From contig JAHFSD010000002.1 in NCBI GenBank assembly GCA_023265925.1, positions 2,569-66,568 on the forward strand: a stretch of 64,000 nucleotides of DNA, written 5' to 3'. Under the pieces are notes generated by a model. The model was not told where the DNA came from, did no database searches, and saw nothing but the letters and a program-made list of their open reading frames with translations. This DNA is from an archaeon. GTDB taxonomy: Archaea > Nanobdellota > Nanobdellia > Woesearchaeales > GW2011-AR9. The position numbers were made by a program, and so were the translations under genes. Positions within the stretch are counted from its first letter, which is position 1; each line of letters starts with the position of its first letter. This document shows positions 55,483 through 64,000 of the stretch, piece after piece.

Positions 55483-55728
55483 ATGAAACCATTTGCCGGA
55501 GAGCTGATCGGGAAGACCATTGAGATTGTGGGGGCCACGAATCCAACACTGAACGGAAAGAAAGGAACCATCATCAACGAAACCAAAATGACCATCACTT
55601 TACGCCAGGGAACGCGAATGAAAACAATCCTGAAAAGTGCCATTGTGCGCTTGAAATTGGCCGACCGCCTGTTGGAAGGAAGAAGCCTTCTGGGCCGGAC
55701 GGAGGAACGACTTAAATGGCATCACTAA
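55483..55728 (+). CDS. rnp1: RNase P protein component 1 (Rpp29/Pop4)
   Basis: Conserved position between L29/SUI1 and S17 in archaeal operons; Rpp29-like beta-barrel sequence. Confidence 0.7.
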   Translation: MKPFAGELIGKTIEIVGATNPTLNGKKGTIINETKMTITLRQGTRMKTILKSAIVRLKLADRLLEGRSLLGRTEERLKWHH

Positions 55729-55824
55729 TAGCACCACTAATATATACCACTAATATGATACCACTACTAATGGCATCATTAACATACATCACTAACATGA
55801 CATCAGTAACATGGCACCACTAAC
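55729..55824 (+). repeat. degenerate about 14-bp tandem repeat (~8 units, a[ct]cactaa[ct]at..) running into the rps17 start codon
   Basis: Units atggcatcactaata / atggcatcattaaca / atgacatcagtaaca / atggcaccactaaca. Confidence 0.6.
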
Positions 55825-56134
55825 AGTGCTGGGTGTGGCGTCCCCCGCCAAAAGCTGTACGGACGGGAAATGTCCCTTCCACGGAACGGTTACGGTAAAG
55901 AAAGAACTCTTTACCGGGAAGGTGGTTAAGAAAGACATCAATCGTTCCGCCACCATTGAATGGTTCCACTCACAGTACATTCCCAAGTATGAACGGTTTG
56001 CCTGGCGCCGGTCGCGAATGCGAGTGCATAACCCCTCCTGCCTTGACGCTGCTCCCGGTCAGAACGTGCTGGTGGCTAAAACGCGGCCGTTAAGCAAGAC
56101 AAAACATCACGTCATCCTGAAGGTGATCTCATGA
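55811..56134 (+). CDS. rps17: 30S ribosomal protein S17 (uS17)
   Basis: Sequence and position. Confidence 0.9.
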   Translation: MAPLTVLGVASPAKSCTDGKCPFHGTVTVKKELFTGKVVKKDINRSATIEWFHSQYIPKYERFAWRRSRMRVHNPSCLDAAPGQNVLVAKTRPLSKTKHHVILKVIS

Positions 56135-56532
56135 AAGCGTTACCGAGCAGGATCGGGCGGCCCCTGCCCTTGCAGGCGACGGTAGAAGTCTGTGACAATT
56201 CCGGCGCTAAGCTGTTGAAGATCGTCGCCGTGAAAGGGCATAAAACTGTTCGCGGACGGGTGCCCGCTGCTGGTATCGGTGATTTTGTCCTAGCGTCGGT
56301 GAAGAAGGGGAAGTTAGAGCTGCGTAAAACGGTGGTGCCAGCCATCATTGTGCGGCAGCGCAAAGAATTCCGCCGGGCCGACGGCATGCGCGTTCAATTT
56401 GAGGACAATGCCGCCGTCGTGCTGAAAGACGACAAAGGAAATCCCAAAGGGACATTATTTAAGGGTCCGATCGCCAAAGAAGTTGCCGAGCGCTGGCCGG
56501 CAGTAGCTAAAGTAGCCAGCATGATACTGTAA
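56131..56532 (+). CDS. rpl14: 50S ribosomal protein L14 (uL14)
   Basis: ATVEVCDNSGAKLLKIVAV. Confidence 0.9.
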   Translation: MKALPSRIGRPLPLQATVEVCDNSGAKLLKIVAVKGHKTVRGRVPAAGIGDFVLASVKKGKLELRKTVVPAIIVRQRKEFRRADGMRVQFEDNAAVVLKDDKGNPKGTLFKGPIAKEVAERWPAVAKVASMIL

Positions 56533-56571
56533 TGCATGATACTGAATGATACTGTAATTTAGAAAGCAAAA

Positions 56572-57027
56572 ATGATTGATATGATCAACAGGACTACCAT
56601 GACCAACCGGAAACCATTTTCCACCGCCTGGAACAGCAGCACCCGGCCGGGGAAGCAGCGGAAGTATAGCTATACTGCCCCGCTTCATCGCCGGCAAGCC
56701 CTGATGCACGCTCACTTAGCCAGGGAACTGCGTACGAAGTACGGCTATCGCCACCTGCAGGTGCGCACGGGAGACACGGTCAAAGTAATGCGTGGCCAGT
56801 TTGCCAAAAAGGAAGGGAAAGTTGAACGCGTCCAGCTGCGCTATGGCAAAGTCTATGTGGCGGGCATAGAATTGATCAAGAAAGATGGCACGAAACGGCC
56901 GTATCCCCTTCACCCCTCTAATCTGCTGATCACGGCACTCGAATTAGGCGACCGATACCGTAAAGAAAAGTTAGAATCAAAAATCAGAATCAAAGAAAGA
57001 TCAGAATCAAAGCTCAAGAGCACGTAG
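56572..57027 (+). CDS. rpl24: 50S ribosomal protein L24 (uL24, KOW) with repeat-encoded C-terminal tail
   Basis: GDTVKVMRGQFAKKEGKVERV. True start may be an internal Met. Confidence 0.8.
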   Translation: MIDMINRTTMTNRKPFSTAWNSSTRPGKQRKYSYTAPLHRRQALMHAHLARELRTKYGYRHLQVRTGDTVKVMRGQFAKKEGKVERVQLRYGKVYVAGIELIKKDGTKRPYPLHPSNLLITALELGDRYRKEKLESKIRIKERSESKLKST

Positions 57028-57061
57028 CTAAAGAACAGGTAAATAAAGAACACGGAAACAA

Positions 57062-57757
57062 ATGAAACTGCACCTGAAACAGATTACCGCACCTAAAACG
57101 TGGATAGTTCCCCGCCAACGGCGCCGATTTATCCTTCGCCCCCGGCCGGGCGGGCACCCGGTAGAGTTAGGGCTACCTCTCGGCCTTATCATTCGTGACG
57201 TGCTGCAGTACGTTTCCACGACTGCTGAAGCCGGCAAACTGTTGCAGGCACAGGAAGTCCTGATTGATGGAAGGCGCAGGACCGATCCTCATTTTCATGT
57301 CGGCCTGTTTGATGTCCTTTCTTTCCCCCGGCTGAAGAAAAATTATCGTCTCGTGCTCGATGGCAAGGGCCGGGTGGTCATCCGGGAAATTCCTGCTGCG
57401 GAAAGTTCCCTGAAACCCTGTAAAGTGATTGGGAAAACTGTGCTGAAAAAGGGCCAGATACAGTATAACTTACATGATGGGAAGAATATCATCGTCAAGG
57501 AAAACATTAAGGAAAAAGCAAATGTTGGCGATACGTTTGTTCTGCACCTGCCCCAGCTGAGCGTCCAGTCTATTTTACCTTTACAGCCCGGCATGCTGGT
57601 GTTCCTGACTAAGGGGAAGCATAGCGGCCAGCTGGGCCGGCTGCAGGAGCTGCGGGGGACCGAAGCGCGGTATCTCATTGACCAGACACCGGTAGAGACG
57701 GCGAAAGCGTACCTGTTCGTGGTGGGCGAAAAGACGGCAGTAGCAACGGTAACATAA
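57062..57757 (+). CDS. rps4e: 30S ribosomal protein S4e (eS4)
   Basis: MKLHLKQITAPKTWIVPRQ. Confidence 0.9.
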   Translation: MKLHLKQITAPKTWIVPRQRRRFILRPRPGGHPVELGLPLGLIIRDVLQYVSTTAEAGKLLQAQEVLIDGRRRTDPHFHVGLFDVLSFPRLKKNYRLVLDGKGRVVIREIPAAESSLKPCKVIGKTVLKKGQIQYNLHDGKNIIVKENIKEKANVGDTFVLHLPQLSVQSILPLQPGMLVFLTKGKHSGQLGRLQELRGTEARYLIDQTPVETAKAYLFVVGEKTAVATVT

Positions 57758-57759
57758 AA

Positions 57760-58263
57760 ATGGCAAATTCCATGAAAGAGATCAACGTGGCTAAAGTCAC
57801 GGTAAATATGGGGGCGGGAAAGAACGAAGAACTCCTGCAGCGAGGTTTAAAGCTGTTGCAGAACATGACGCCTCTTCAACCTGTCAAGACCTATACGAAA
57901 AAGCGCATTCCCGGCTGGGGGTTGCGTCCGGGATTGGCCATCGGGGCAAAAGTAACCGTGCGGGATAAGGCCCGGGCCTTTCTGCTCCGCTTGCTGGAGG
58001 CGAAGGGAAAAGTGATTTCACCAGACAACTTTGATGGTCAGGGAAACTTTTCCTTTGGCATTCCGGAATATATTGACATTCCCGGGCTGGAGTACGATCC
58101 GGAACTTAAAATCATGGGGATGGAAGTGGCGGTTACCCTGGAGCGGCCGGGCTACCGCGTCAAGCGGCGCAAGATCCGCCCCGGAAAAATCGGGAAGCAT
58201 CACCAGATCACTAAAGATGAAGCGATCCACTTCGTTCAAGATTTAGGGGTGACGGTCCAATGA
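57760..58263 (+). CDS. rpl5: 50S ribosomal protein L5 (uL5)
   Basis: Sequence and position. Confidence 0.9.
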   Translation: MANSMKEINVAKVTVNMGAGKNEELLQRGLKLLQNMTPLQPVKTYTKKRIPGWGLRPGLAIGAKVTVRDKARAFLLRLLEAKGKVISPDNFDGQGNFSFGIPEYIDIPGLEYDPELKIMGMEVAVTLERPGYRVKRRKIRPGKIGKHHQITKDEAIHFVQDLGVTVQ

Positions 58264-58490
58264 GCTACAGCGATTGGCGCAAGGCCTTTACCCAACTGAA
58301 CGCCAAGCCAGTTAAGAAAGCGAAGTATGTTAAATTTAACTCTCCCAAACCAAGAAGCTGTGGCTTTTCGTTACGAAAATGCCGCAACTGCGGCCGGATC
58401 CGGGGGCATGTCAACAAATACGGGCTGCATCTCTGCCGGCAATGCTTCCGCGAGATGGCCACGGACTTAGGATTTAAACAATACAGCTAA
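58260..58490 (+). CDS. rps14: 30S ribosomal protein S14 (uS14, zinc-binding type)
   Basis: [22 protein letters not shown]. Confidence 0.85.
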   Translation: MSYSDWRKAFTQLNAKPVKKAKYVKFNSPKPRSCGFSLRKCRNCGRIRGHVNKYGLHLCRQCFREMATDLGFKQYS

Positions 58491-58549
58491 AAAAGGTACA
58501 CTATGGACAAACCACAGTACAATAAGTACAGTACATTCATAGACACACT

Positions 58550-58939
58550 ATGTTAAACGACCCACTGGCCGCGGCCTTAACCAAGATCATGAACGCCGAG
58601 AAAGTCGGTAAGAAGGAGGTAGAGGTCCGTCCGGCGTCCAAGCTCATTAAGAAAGTGCTGACGATTCTCAACGATCATTCTTATGTGGGGATGTATGAGG
58701 AAGTGCCGGATGGCCGGGCCGGCATATTAAAAGTGCATCTTTTAGGAAATGTCAACTGGTGCGGCGTAATCAAGCCACGGTTCTCGGTCAAATGCACGGC
58801 GTTTGAAAAGTGGGAAAAGCGGTACCTGCCCGCCAAGGATTTCGGCCTGCTGATTGTCTCGACGCCACTGGGCGTGCTGAGCCATTCCCAGGCAAAAGAA
58901 AAGCGGACGGGAGGAAAATTAATCGCCTACTGCTACTAA
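58550..58939 (+). CDS. rps8: 30S ribosomal protein S8 (uS8)
   Basis: Sequence and position. Confidence 0.9.
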   Translation: MLNDPLAAALTKIMNAEKVGKKEVEVRPASKLIKKVLTILNDHSYVGMYEEVPDGRAGILKVHLLGNVNWCGVIKPRFSVKCTAFEKWEKRYLPAKDFGLLIVSTPLGVLSHSQAKEKRTGGKLIAYCY

Positions 58940-58945
58940 CTTAAT

Positions 58946-59512
58946 GTGATGGCCATGATCAAACCAGGATTAACACGGGAAATTGCACTGCCGGCGGGAG
59001 TGAGCGCTTCCCTTCGCCATACTACCGTCATTATCAGAGGTTCAGAGGGTGAAGCGCAGCGGGACATCAACCACCCTCACGTCAAAGTCAGTGTTGAAAA
59101 GGATAATGAAAAGAATAAAATCGTCCTCTCCACCGTCCGGGGAACACGGCGGGAAAAGACCCTTCTTGGCTCTTTGGCCGCGCACCTTAAAAATCTGGTT
59201 AAAGGGGTCCAGGAGCAGCAGGTGTATAAGCTCAAGGTTTGTTCCGGGCATTTTCCCATGACGGTAACAGTAAGTGGCACAGAATTCGTCGTCAAGAATT
59301 TCCTGGGAGAAAGTGTTCCCCGAACTGTGGACGTCGTGCCCGGTGTTACCATCAAGGTCAATGACAAAGAAATCCTGGTGACCAGCCCCGATAAGGAAAA
59401 AGCGGGATTGATGACAGAACGCATTGAACAGCTCTGCCGGATCACTAATCGTGACGTGCGCATCTTCATGGACGGCATTTGGATCACCGAGAAAGCGGGG
59501 AAAGCAGTATGA
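58946..59512 (+). CDS. rpl6: 50S ribosomal protein L6 (uL6)
   Basis: Sequence and position. Confidence 0.9.
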   Translation: MMAMIKPGLTREIALPAGVSASLRHTTVIIRGSEGEAQRDINHPHVKVSVEKDNEKNKIVLSTVRGTRREKTLLGSLAAHLKNLVKGVQEQQVYKLKVCSGHFPMTVTVSGTEFVVKNFLGESVPRTVDVVPGVTIKVNDKEILVTSPDKEKAGLMTERIEQLCRITNRDVRIFMDGIWITEKAGKAV

Positions 59513-59536
59513 GGAAAAAAACATGAGGAAAGAAGT

Positions 59537-60166
59537 ATGAGCCTACTGGCATTGCGTAAGGAACGGAAACGGCATAAGCCAATTTTCGTCGTGAAAGAAG
59601 CACATCATGGCGGCCGGGTCAAGTGGCGCTGGCGCGCTGCCCGTGGTATCCATTCCACCGTGCGGCAGGTGCATCATGGCAAGCCGGCCATGCCTACTCC
59701 CGGCTATGGCTCGCCAAAAGCTGTCTATGGGTTGCATCCTTCGGGAATGGAAAGTGTGCTGGTGCATAATGCTGCGGAATTGCTGCGGCTGGATACGGCT
59801 CGGCAGGGAGTGTTGCTTTCATCTACTTTGGGCCTGAAAAAACGGCTGGAATTGCTGCGCCTGGCAGTGGAGAACAAAGTGCGGCTGCTGAATGGGCGTG
59901 ACCCGCAGCAGGAATTAGATCGGTTAACCGCTTCATTTACAGTGCGGAAGAAAGCGAAGCAGGAGCGCCAGACTGACCAGCAGAAAAAGCAGGCAGAAAA
60001 AGAAAAGAAAGCGCAGGAGAAGAAGAAAAAGGCAGGGGAGAAAAAAGTTAAAGGGCCAGGGCCCGAAGAAAAAATAGAAGAGGTGAACCAGGAAGCCCTT
60101 CAACTGGAAGAAGCACAACGGGAAGAAAAAGAACTGGCAGAGAAAGTACTGATTAAACCGCAATAG
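59537..60166 (+). CDS. rpl32e: 50S ribosomal protein L32e (eL32) with Lys/Glu-rich C-terminal extension
   Basis: HHGGRVKWRWRAARGIHSTVRQ core; ~80-aa KE-rich tail. Confidence 0.85.
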   Translation: MSLLALRKERKRHKPIFVVKEAHHGGRVKWRWRAARGIHSTVRQVHHGKPAMPTPGYGSPKAVYGLHPSGMESVLVHNAAELLRLDTARQGVLLSSTLGLKKRLELLRLAVENKVRLLNGRDPQQELDRLTASFTVRKKAKQERQTDQQKKQAEKEKKAQEKKKKAGEKKVKGPGPEEKIEEVNQEALQLEEAQREEKELAEKVLIKPQ

Positions 60167-60232
60167 ATTAAAATAAGTTAAACTGGAATAGATTAAACCG
60201 CCATAAAAAGCATCAAAAAATAAAAAGATACC

Positions 60233-60691
60233 ATGAGACAAAAACGCCAATTAGCGGCAAAGGTATTGGGAACAGCACTGTCCAAGATACGGTTTGATCC
60301 GGCGGCTTTAGAAGACATTTCCAAAGCCATTACCCGGTCGGACATCCGGGGGCTGGCAGCTGTGGGGAAAATTCAGTATCGCCGGGATAACGAACAGTCG
60401 CGTGCCCGGGCACGGTACCTGTTGTTGCAGAAGCGGAAAGGGCGGCGAAAAGGGCATGGGACCAGCAAAGGAAGCAAGTATGCCACGGTTTCCCGCAAGC
60501 GGCAGTGGATCAACACCGTCCGTGCCCAACGGGCCTTCCTACAAAGTTTGAAAGAGAAAAACCTGCTTTCACCAGTGAATTACCGGCTGTTATACAGCAA
60601 AAGCAAAGGCGGCTCTTTCCGCAGTGTGCGGCATATTAAGCTGTACATCACGGAACATCAGCTGATTCAGAAACCATTTCAAAAACTATGA
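60233..60691 (+). CDS. rpl19e: 50S ribosomal protein L19e (eL19)
   Basis: Sequence and position. Confidence 0.9.
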   Translation: MRQKRQLAAKVLGTALSKIRFDPAALEDISKAITRSDIRGLAAVGKIQYRRDNEQSRARARYLLLQKRKGRRKGHGTSKGSKYATVSRKRQWINTVRAQRAFLQSLKEKNLLSPVNYRLLYSKSKGGSFRSVRHIKLYITEHQLIQKPFQKL

Positions 60692-61197
60692 AACCACAAA
60701 CAGTCCCTTACCGTCGGAAGAGAGAGCAGCGTACCAATTACCGGAAGCGGATCCGTCTGCTGCTCTCGGGGAAGCCGCGGTTAGTAGTCCGGATTACCAA
60801 TCAGAAGATCATCGCCCAGCTGATTGAGTTTGCTCCTCACGGCGATAAGGTGGTGGCGGGATTAGATTCCTTCTGCTTGCGCCAGATGGGCTGGCCCGCA
60901 TCCTCAGCATCCTGTAAGAGCATTCCGGCGGCGTATGCCACGGGCATATTAACAGGAAAAGAAGCAGTCAGGAAAGGCTACCAGGAAGCAATCCTTGATA
61001 CCGGGTTTAAATCAGCAGTGCGCCAGGGCAGAATTGCTGCTTTCCTGAAAGGGGCAGTGGATGCCGGGATGAAGATTCCTGTTACCAGTGATACTGGTGA
61101 GATCTTTCCCTCTCCCGAGCGGCTGAATGGCCAACATTTAAAAAAGGCAGTAAAGCTCAACGAAATGCTCAATGAAATCAGGGCAAAGGCGAAATAA
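60688..61197 (+). CDS. rpl18: 50S ribosomal protein L18 (uL18)
   Basis: MKPQTVPYRRKREQRTNYRKRIRLL. Confidence 0.9.
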   Translation: MKPQTVPYRRKREQRTNYRKRIRLLLSGKPRLVVRITNQKIIAQLIEFAPHGDKVVAGLDSFCLRQMGWPASSASCKSIPAAYATGILTGKEAVRKGYQEAILDTGFKSAVRQGRIAAFLKGAVDAGMKIPVTSDTGEIFPSPERLNGQHLKKAVKLNEMLNEIRAKAK

Positions 61198-61223
61198 CGA
61201 TATGGCAAAGGTGAAATGACAAT

Positions 61224-62042
61224 ATGGTGGATACTACGGTAATGCCGGTGGAAGAAGCCGCGGGCGTGGAAGGAGCAGCAGGAGTTCCCCCGGAAATAGA
61301 AGAAGTGCCGGAACTTCAGCGTTCCTGGAAGCCCGTAACGGCAGTCGGCAAGTTAGTGCAGCAGGGTGTGGTTGCTGATATCGAAGAGCTGTTTGCCAAA
61401 GGTTATCCGATTTTGGAAGCAGAAATTGTCAACTGCCTTCTTCCCACTATCGAAGAAGATTTGCTCTTGATCGGGCAGGCGAAGGGAAAATTTGGCGGTG
61501 GCCAGCGAAGAATCTTTCGCCAGACGCAGAAGAAAACGGCAGAAGGAAACCGGGTCCATTTTACCACCTGTGCCTTGGTGGGCAACCGCGACGGTTACGT
61601 CGGTGTGGGAACGGGGAAGAGCAAAGAGACGGTTCCTTCCCGCGATAAAGCCAAACGACAGGCACGGCTCAATGTAATCCGTGTCCGGCGCGGCTGTGGC
61701 AGCTGGGAATGCAACTGCCGCACAGCGCATTCCATTCCGTTTGCAGTGACGGGGAAATGCGGCTCTTCAGAAATCAGGCTGGTGCCGGCGCCGAAAGGAA
61801 AAGGGCTCTGTGTGGAAAGAGAAGTGGCTAAAATATTGGCAATGGCCGGCATTAAAGATGTCTGGAGCAAGACCTTTGGCCAGACCAAGACAAAATTAAA
61901 CCTGATCGGTGCAACCATTGCTGCCCTGAAGAAGCTATCACAGATAAAAATCCACCCGGAAGATATCGGGCACTTAGGCATCGTGGAGGGAAAAGTAAAA
62001 CCGGGCGCGACAGCTGAGATGACAGCTGAAGTGACATCTTAA
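61224..62042 (+). CDS. rps5: 30S ribosomal protein S5 (uS5)
   Basis: Sequence and position; N-terminal extension. Confidence 0.9.
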   Translation: MVDTTVMPVEEAAGVEGAAGVPPEIEEVPELQRSWKPVTAVGKLVQQGVVADIEELFAKGYPILEAEIVNCLLPTIEEDLLLIGQAKGKFGGGQRRIFRQTQKKTAEGNRVHFTTCALVGNRDGYVGVGTGKSKETVPSRDKAKRQARLNVIRVRRGCGSWECNCRTAHSIPFAVTGKCGSSEIRLVPAPKGKGLCVEREVAKILAMAGIKDVWSKTFGQTKTKLNLIGATIAALKKLSQIKIHPEDIGHLGIVEGKVKPGATAEMTAEVTS

Positions 62043-62043
62043 T

Positions 62044-62469
62044 ATGGCAACAGTAGCAGTCGTGTTGGTGCGTGGACAGGCGCGCGTCAGGAAAGATATA
62101 GTAGATACCATGAAGTTATTACGGCTTCACCGTAAAAATACCTGTGTGCTGTTGGAGGATACTCCTGCTCTGCGGGGGATGATCAATAAGGTGAAAGATT
62201 TTGTTGCCTGGGGAGAAATTTCCGAGGCGACGTTCCAAGAGTTGATTAAGAAACGGGGACAGTTGTATCAGGGCCGGCGTACCGACACCAAAGAAAAATA
62301 TCAATATAAAGCAGCAGCGATCCACGGGCAGAATTATAAGCCGTATTTTACCTTAAATCCGCCCCGGAAAGGCTTTGGCCGGAAAGGCATTAAAGTTGCC
62401 TATGCTGCCGGAGGGGCGCTAGGCTATCGGGGAGACAAAATCAACGATCTCATTCAACGCATGATCTAG
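62044..62469 (+). CDS. rpl30: 50S ribosomal protein L30 (uL30)
   Basis: Sequence and position. Confidence 0.9.
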   Translation: MATVAVVLVRGQARVRKDIVDTMKLLRLHRKNTCVLLEDTPALRGMINKVKDFVAWGEISEATFQELIKKRGQLYQGRRTDTKEKYQYKAAAIHGQNYKPYFTLNPPRKGFGRKGIKVAYAAGGALGYRGDKINDLIQRMI

Positions 62470-62531
62470 GGGATAGGAGATATAACAATACCCTAATATC
62501 CTCATTAACAACAATACAACAACAATAAACC

Positions 62532-62993
62532 ATGGTAATCCATCGGCGCAAGAAAGTGGGAAAGTACCGCGGCCATACTACTCACGGGCATGGCCATCGC
62601 AAGAAACGAAGGGGAGCTGGTTCCCGCGGCGGCCGGGGGAAAGCAGGTTCTGGAAAGAAATCCGGCCATAAAAAGAACCTGTTTGGTCCTCTGGGCCAGA
62701 AGGGCTTCACCAGTATTTGGCGGAAGGAAGATCACGTTGTCAATATCGGGTACTTTACCCCTTCCACTCTACAGAAATTCCTGCAGGAGGGAAAAGCAAC
62801 GAAAGATAAGGATAAAAGTAAAGAGAAAGAAGTGGTGGTGATTGATTTAACCAAGTTAGGGTATGATAAATTGCTCGGTTCCGGTTCTTTGTCAAGTTCC
62901 TTATCAATGAAGGTTAAATTTATCGTTCCGGCCTGGAGTGCCTCGGCCGAGAAGAAAGTAAAAGCTGCCGGGGGGGAGCTGGTGAAAGCCTAA
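62532..62993 (+). CDS. rpl15: 50S ribosomal protein L15 (uL15)
   Basis: HRKKRRGAGSRGGRGKAGSGKK. Confidence 0.9.
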   Translation: MVIHRRKKVGKYRGHTTHGHGHRKKRRGAGSRGGRGKAGSGKKSGHKKNLFGPLGQKGFTSIWRKEDHVVNIGYFTPSTLQKFLQEGKATKDKDKSKEKEVVVIDLTKLGYDKLLGSGSLSSSLSMKVKFIVPAWSASAEKKVKAAGGELVKA

Positions 62994-62994
62994 A

Positions 62995-64000
62995 ATGTCC
63001 TTTCTTGACACGTTAACCGCGCACCTACCGGAAGTGAAAGGGCCGTTACAGAAACGATTGCCGTTCAAGGAAAAGTTAAAGTGGAGCTTAATCATTTTGG
63101 TTTTGTTCTTTGTGATGGGGCTGGTCCCTTTGTTTGGACTGGGAGCAAATGCCCTGCAGCAGTTTGAATTCCTCTCCATAATCCTTGGTGCATCGTTTGG
63201 CAGCATCATCTCTTTAGGCATTGGACCCTTGGTCACTGCCTCGATTGTGCTGCAGCTGTTGGTAGGGACGGGAATCCTGAAATTTGACCTGGCCACGTCC
63301 GAAGGGAAGAAGAAGTTTCAGGGATTGCAGAAAGTGACCTCCATCTTTTTCATCATCTTTGAAGCAGCGATCTACGTGCTGATGGGCGGGCTGGCACCAT
63401 CGCCGGGCCTGGCAGGGACAGCCGCGTATGCCCAGTTGGAAATCGTGTTAATTGTCCAGCTTTTCATCGGTGGCATCATGATCCTGTTCATGGATGAAGT
63501 CATCAGTAAATGGGGCTTTGGCTCGGGCATCAGCCTGTTCATCGCTGCCGGGGTAGCACAGCAGATTTTCATTACTGCGTTTAATTTCCTTCCCTCACCC
63601 ACCAATCCGGAAATAGCGGCTGGGGCAATTCCAGCTTTATTTCAATCGCTGGCAGCAGGAGATGTAACGACTGCAGCCTTAAAATTGGCAGCGGTAATTT
63701 CTACCGTTATCGTCTTTGCAATTTGCGTGTTTGGCCAGGCGATGAAAGTGGAAATTCCCCTCACTTTTGGGCGGGTGCGCGGCTATGGCATCCGCTGGCC
63801 ATTGAATTTCTTTTACACTTCCAACATCCCGGTCATTTTAATTGCCGCCTTGATGGCGAATGTTCAGTTATTTGCCACCTTATTAGAACGCTGGGGCTAT
63901 CCGCTTCTGGGAACCTTTTCCGGCAATACGCCGATTAGCGGCTTAGTCTACTGGATCAACTCTCCGGACCTAGTGCAGAATATGATCCGGGGCAGTTTTA
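62995..64000 (+). CDS. secY: preprotein translocase SecY (partial, runs off the window end)
   Basis: MSFLDTLTAHLPEVKGPLQKRLPFKEKLKWSLIILVLFFVMGLVPLFGLG; multi-TM; canonical position after L15. Confidence 0.85.
   Translation, partial: MSFLDTLTAHLPEVKGPLQKRLPFKEKLKWSLIILVLFFVMGLVPLFGLGANALQQFEFLSIILGASFGSIISLGIGPLVTASIVLQLLVGTGILKFDLATSEGKKKFQGLQKVTSIFFIIFEAAIYVLMGGLAPSPGLAGTAAYAQLEIVLIVQLFIGGIMILFMDEVISKWGFGSGISLFIAAGVAQQIFITAFNFLPSPTNPEIAAGAIPALFQSLAAGDVTTAALKLAAVISTVIVFAICVFGQAMKVEIPLTFGRVRGYGIRWPLNFFYTSNIPVILIAALMANVQLFATLLERWGYPLLGTFSGNTPISGLVYWINSPDLVQNMIRGSF

Overview
This is an archaeal chromosome segment of about 45% GC. Several genes are preceded by GGAGG-type ribosome-binding sites, and the right-hand end carries the archaeal-type ribosomal protein operon (L3 through SecY, including aIF1/SUI1, RNase P Rpp29, S4e, L32e and L19e). 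The left 40 kb (about 0.7-40.3 kb) is one very large glycosylation island. It is mostly read on the minus strand and ends in the oligosaccharyltransferase AglB. The island encodes a nonulosonic-acid (legionaminic/pseudaminic-like) pathway with NeuB-family synthase, CMP-sugar synthetase, three DegT/StrS aminotransferases and four SDR epimerase/dehydratases. It carries an unusually rich set of tailoring enzymes: two B12-binding radical SAM enzymes each with its own small ferredoxin, a kinase::transketolase-N fusion plus transketolase-C plus a HAD phosphatase, an AMP-ligase/ACP/PPTase/GNAT/AAC(3)-like acylation module, and a sugar N-formyltransferase next to a 5-formyl-THF cyclo-ligase. It also carries two APH-like kinases, a SAM methyltransferase, five or six GT-B glycosyltransferases, a Dol-P GT2 with its small membrane partner, and an AglB whose C-terminus is fused to a parvulin PPIase domain. 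Downstream lie a split ATP-citrate lyase (aclB-SDR-aclA), a MopE-like Cys-rich secreted protein, a 700-bp repeat-rich noncoding region, an orphan N4/N6 DNA methyltransferase with permuted motif order next to an ASCH/DUF3850 protein, PCMT, a cupredoxin-like secreted protein and a 2-hydroxyacid dehydrogenase. Non-coding observations include a structured repeat-element family present in two copies with compensatory stem changes, a MITE-like hairpin element overlapping a gene 3' end, and a frameshifted HAD gene broken in an A8 tract. Other observations are T8-T10 homopolymers inside glycosylation genes and pervasive 10-20-bp tandem micro-repeats in intergenic spacers that mimic the downstream start site. 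No tRNA, rRNA or CRISPR array was found.
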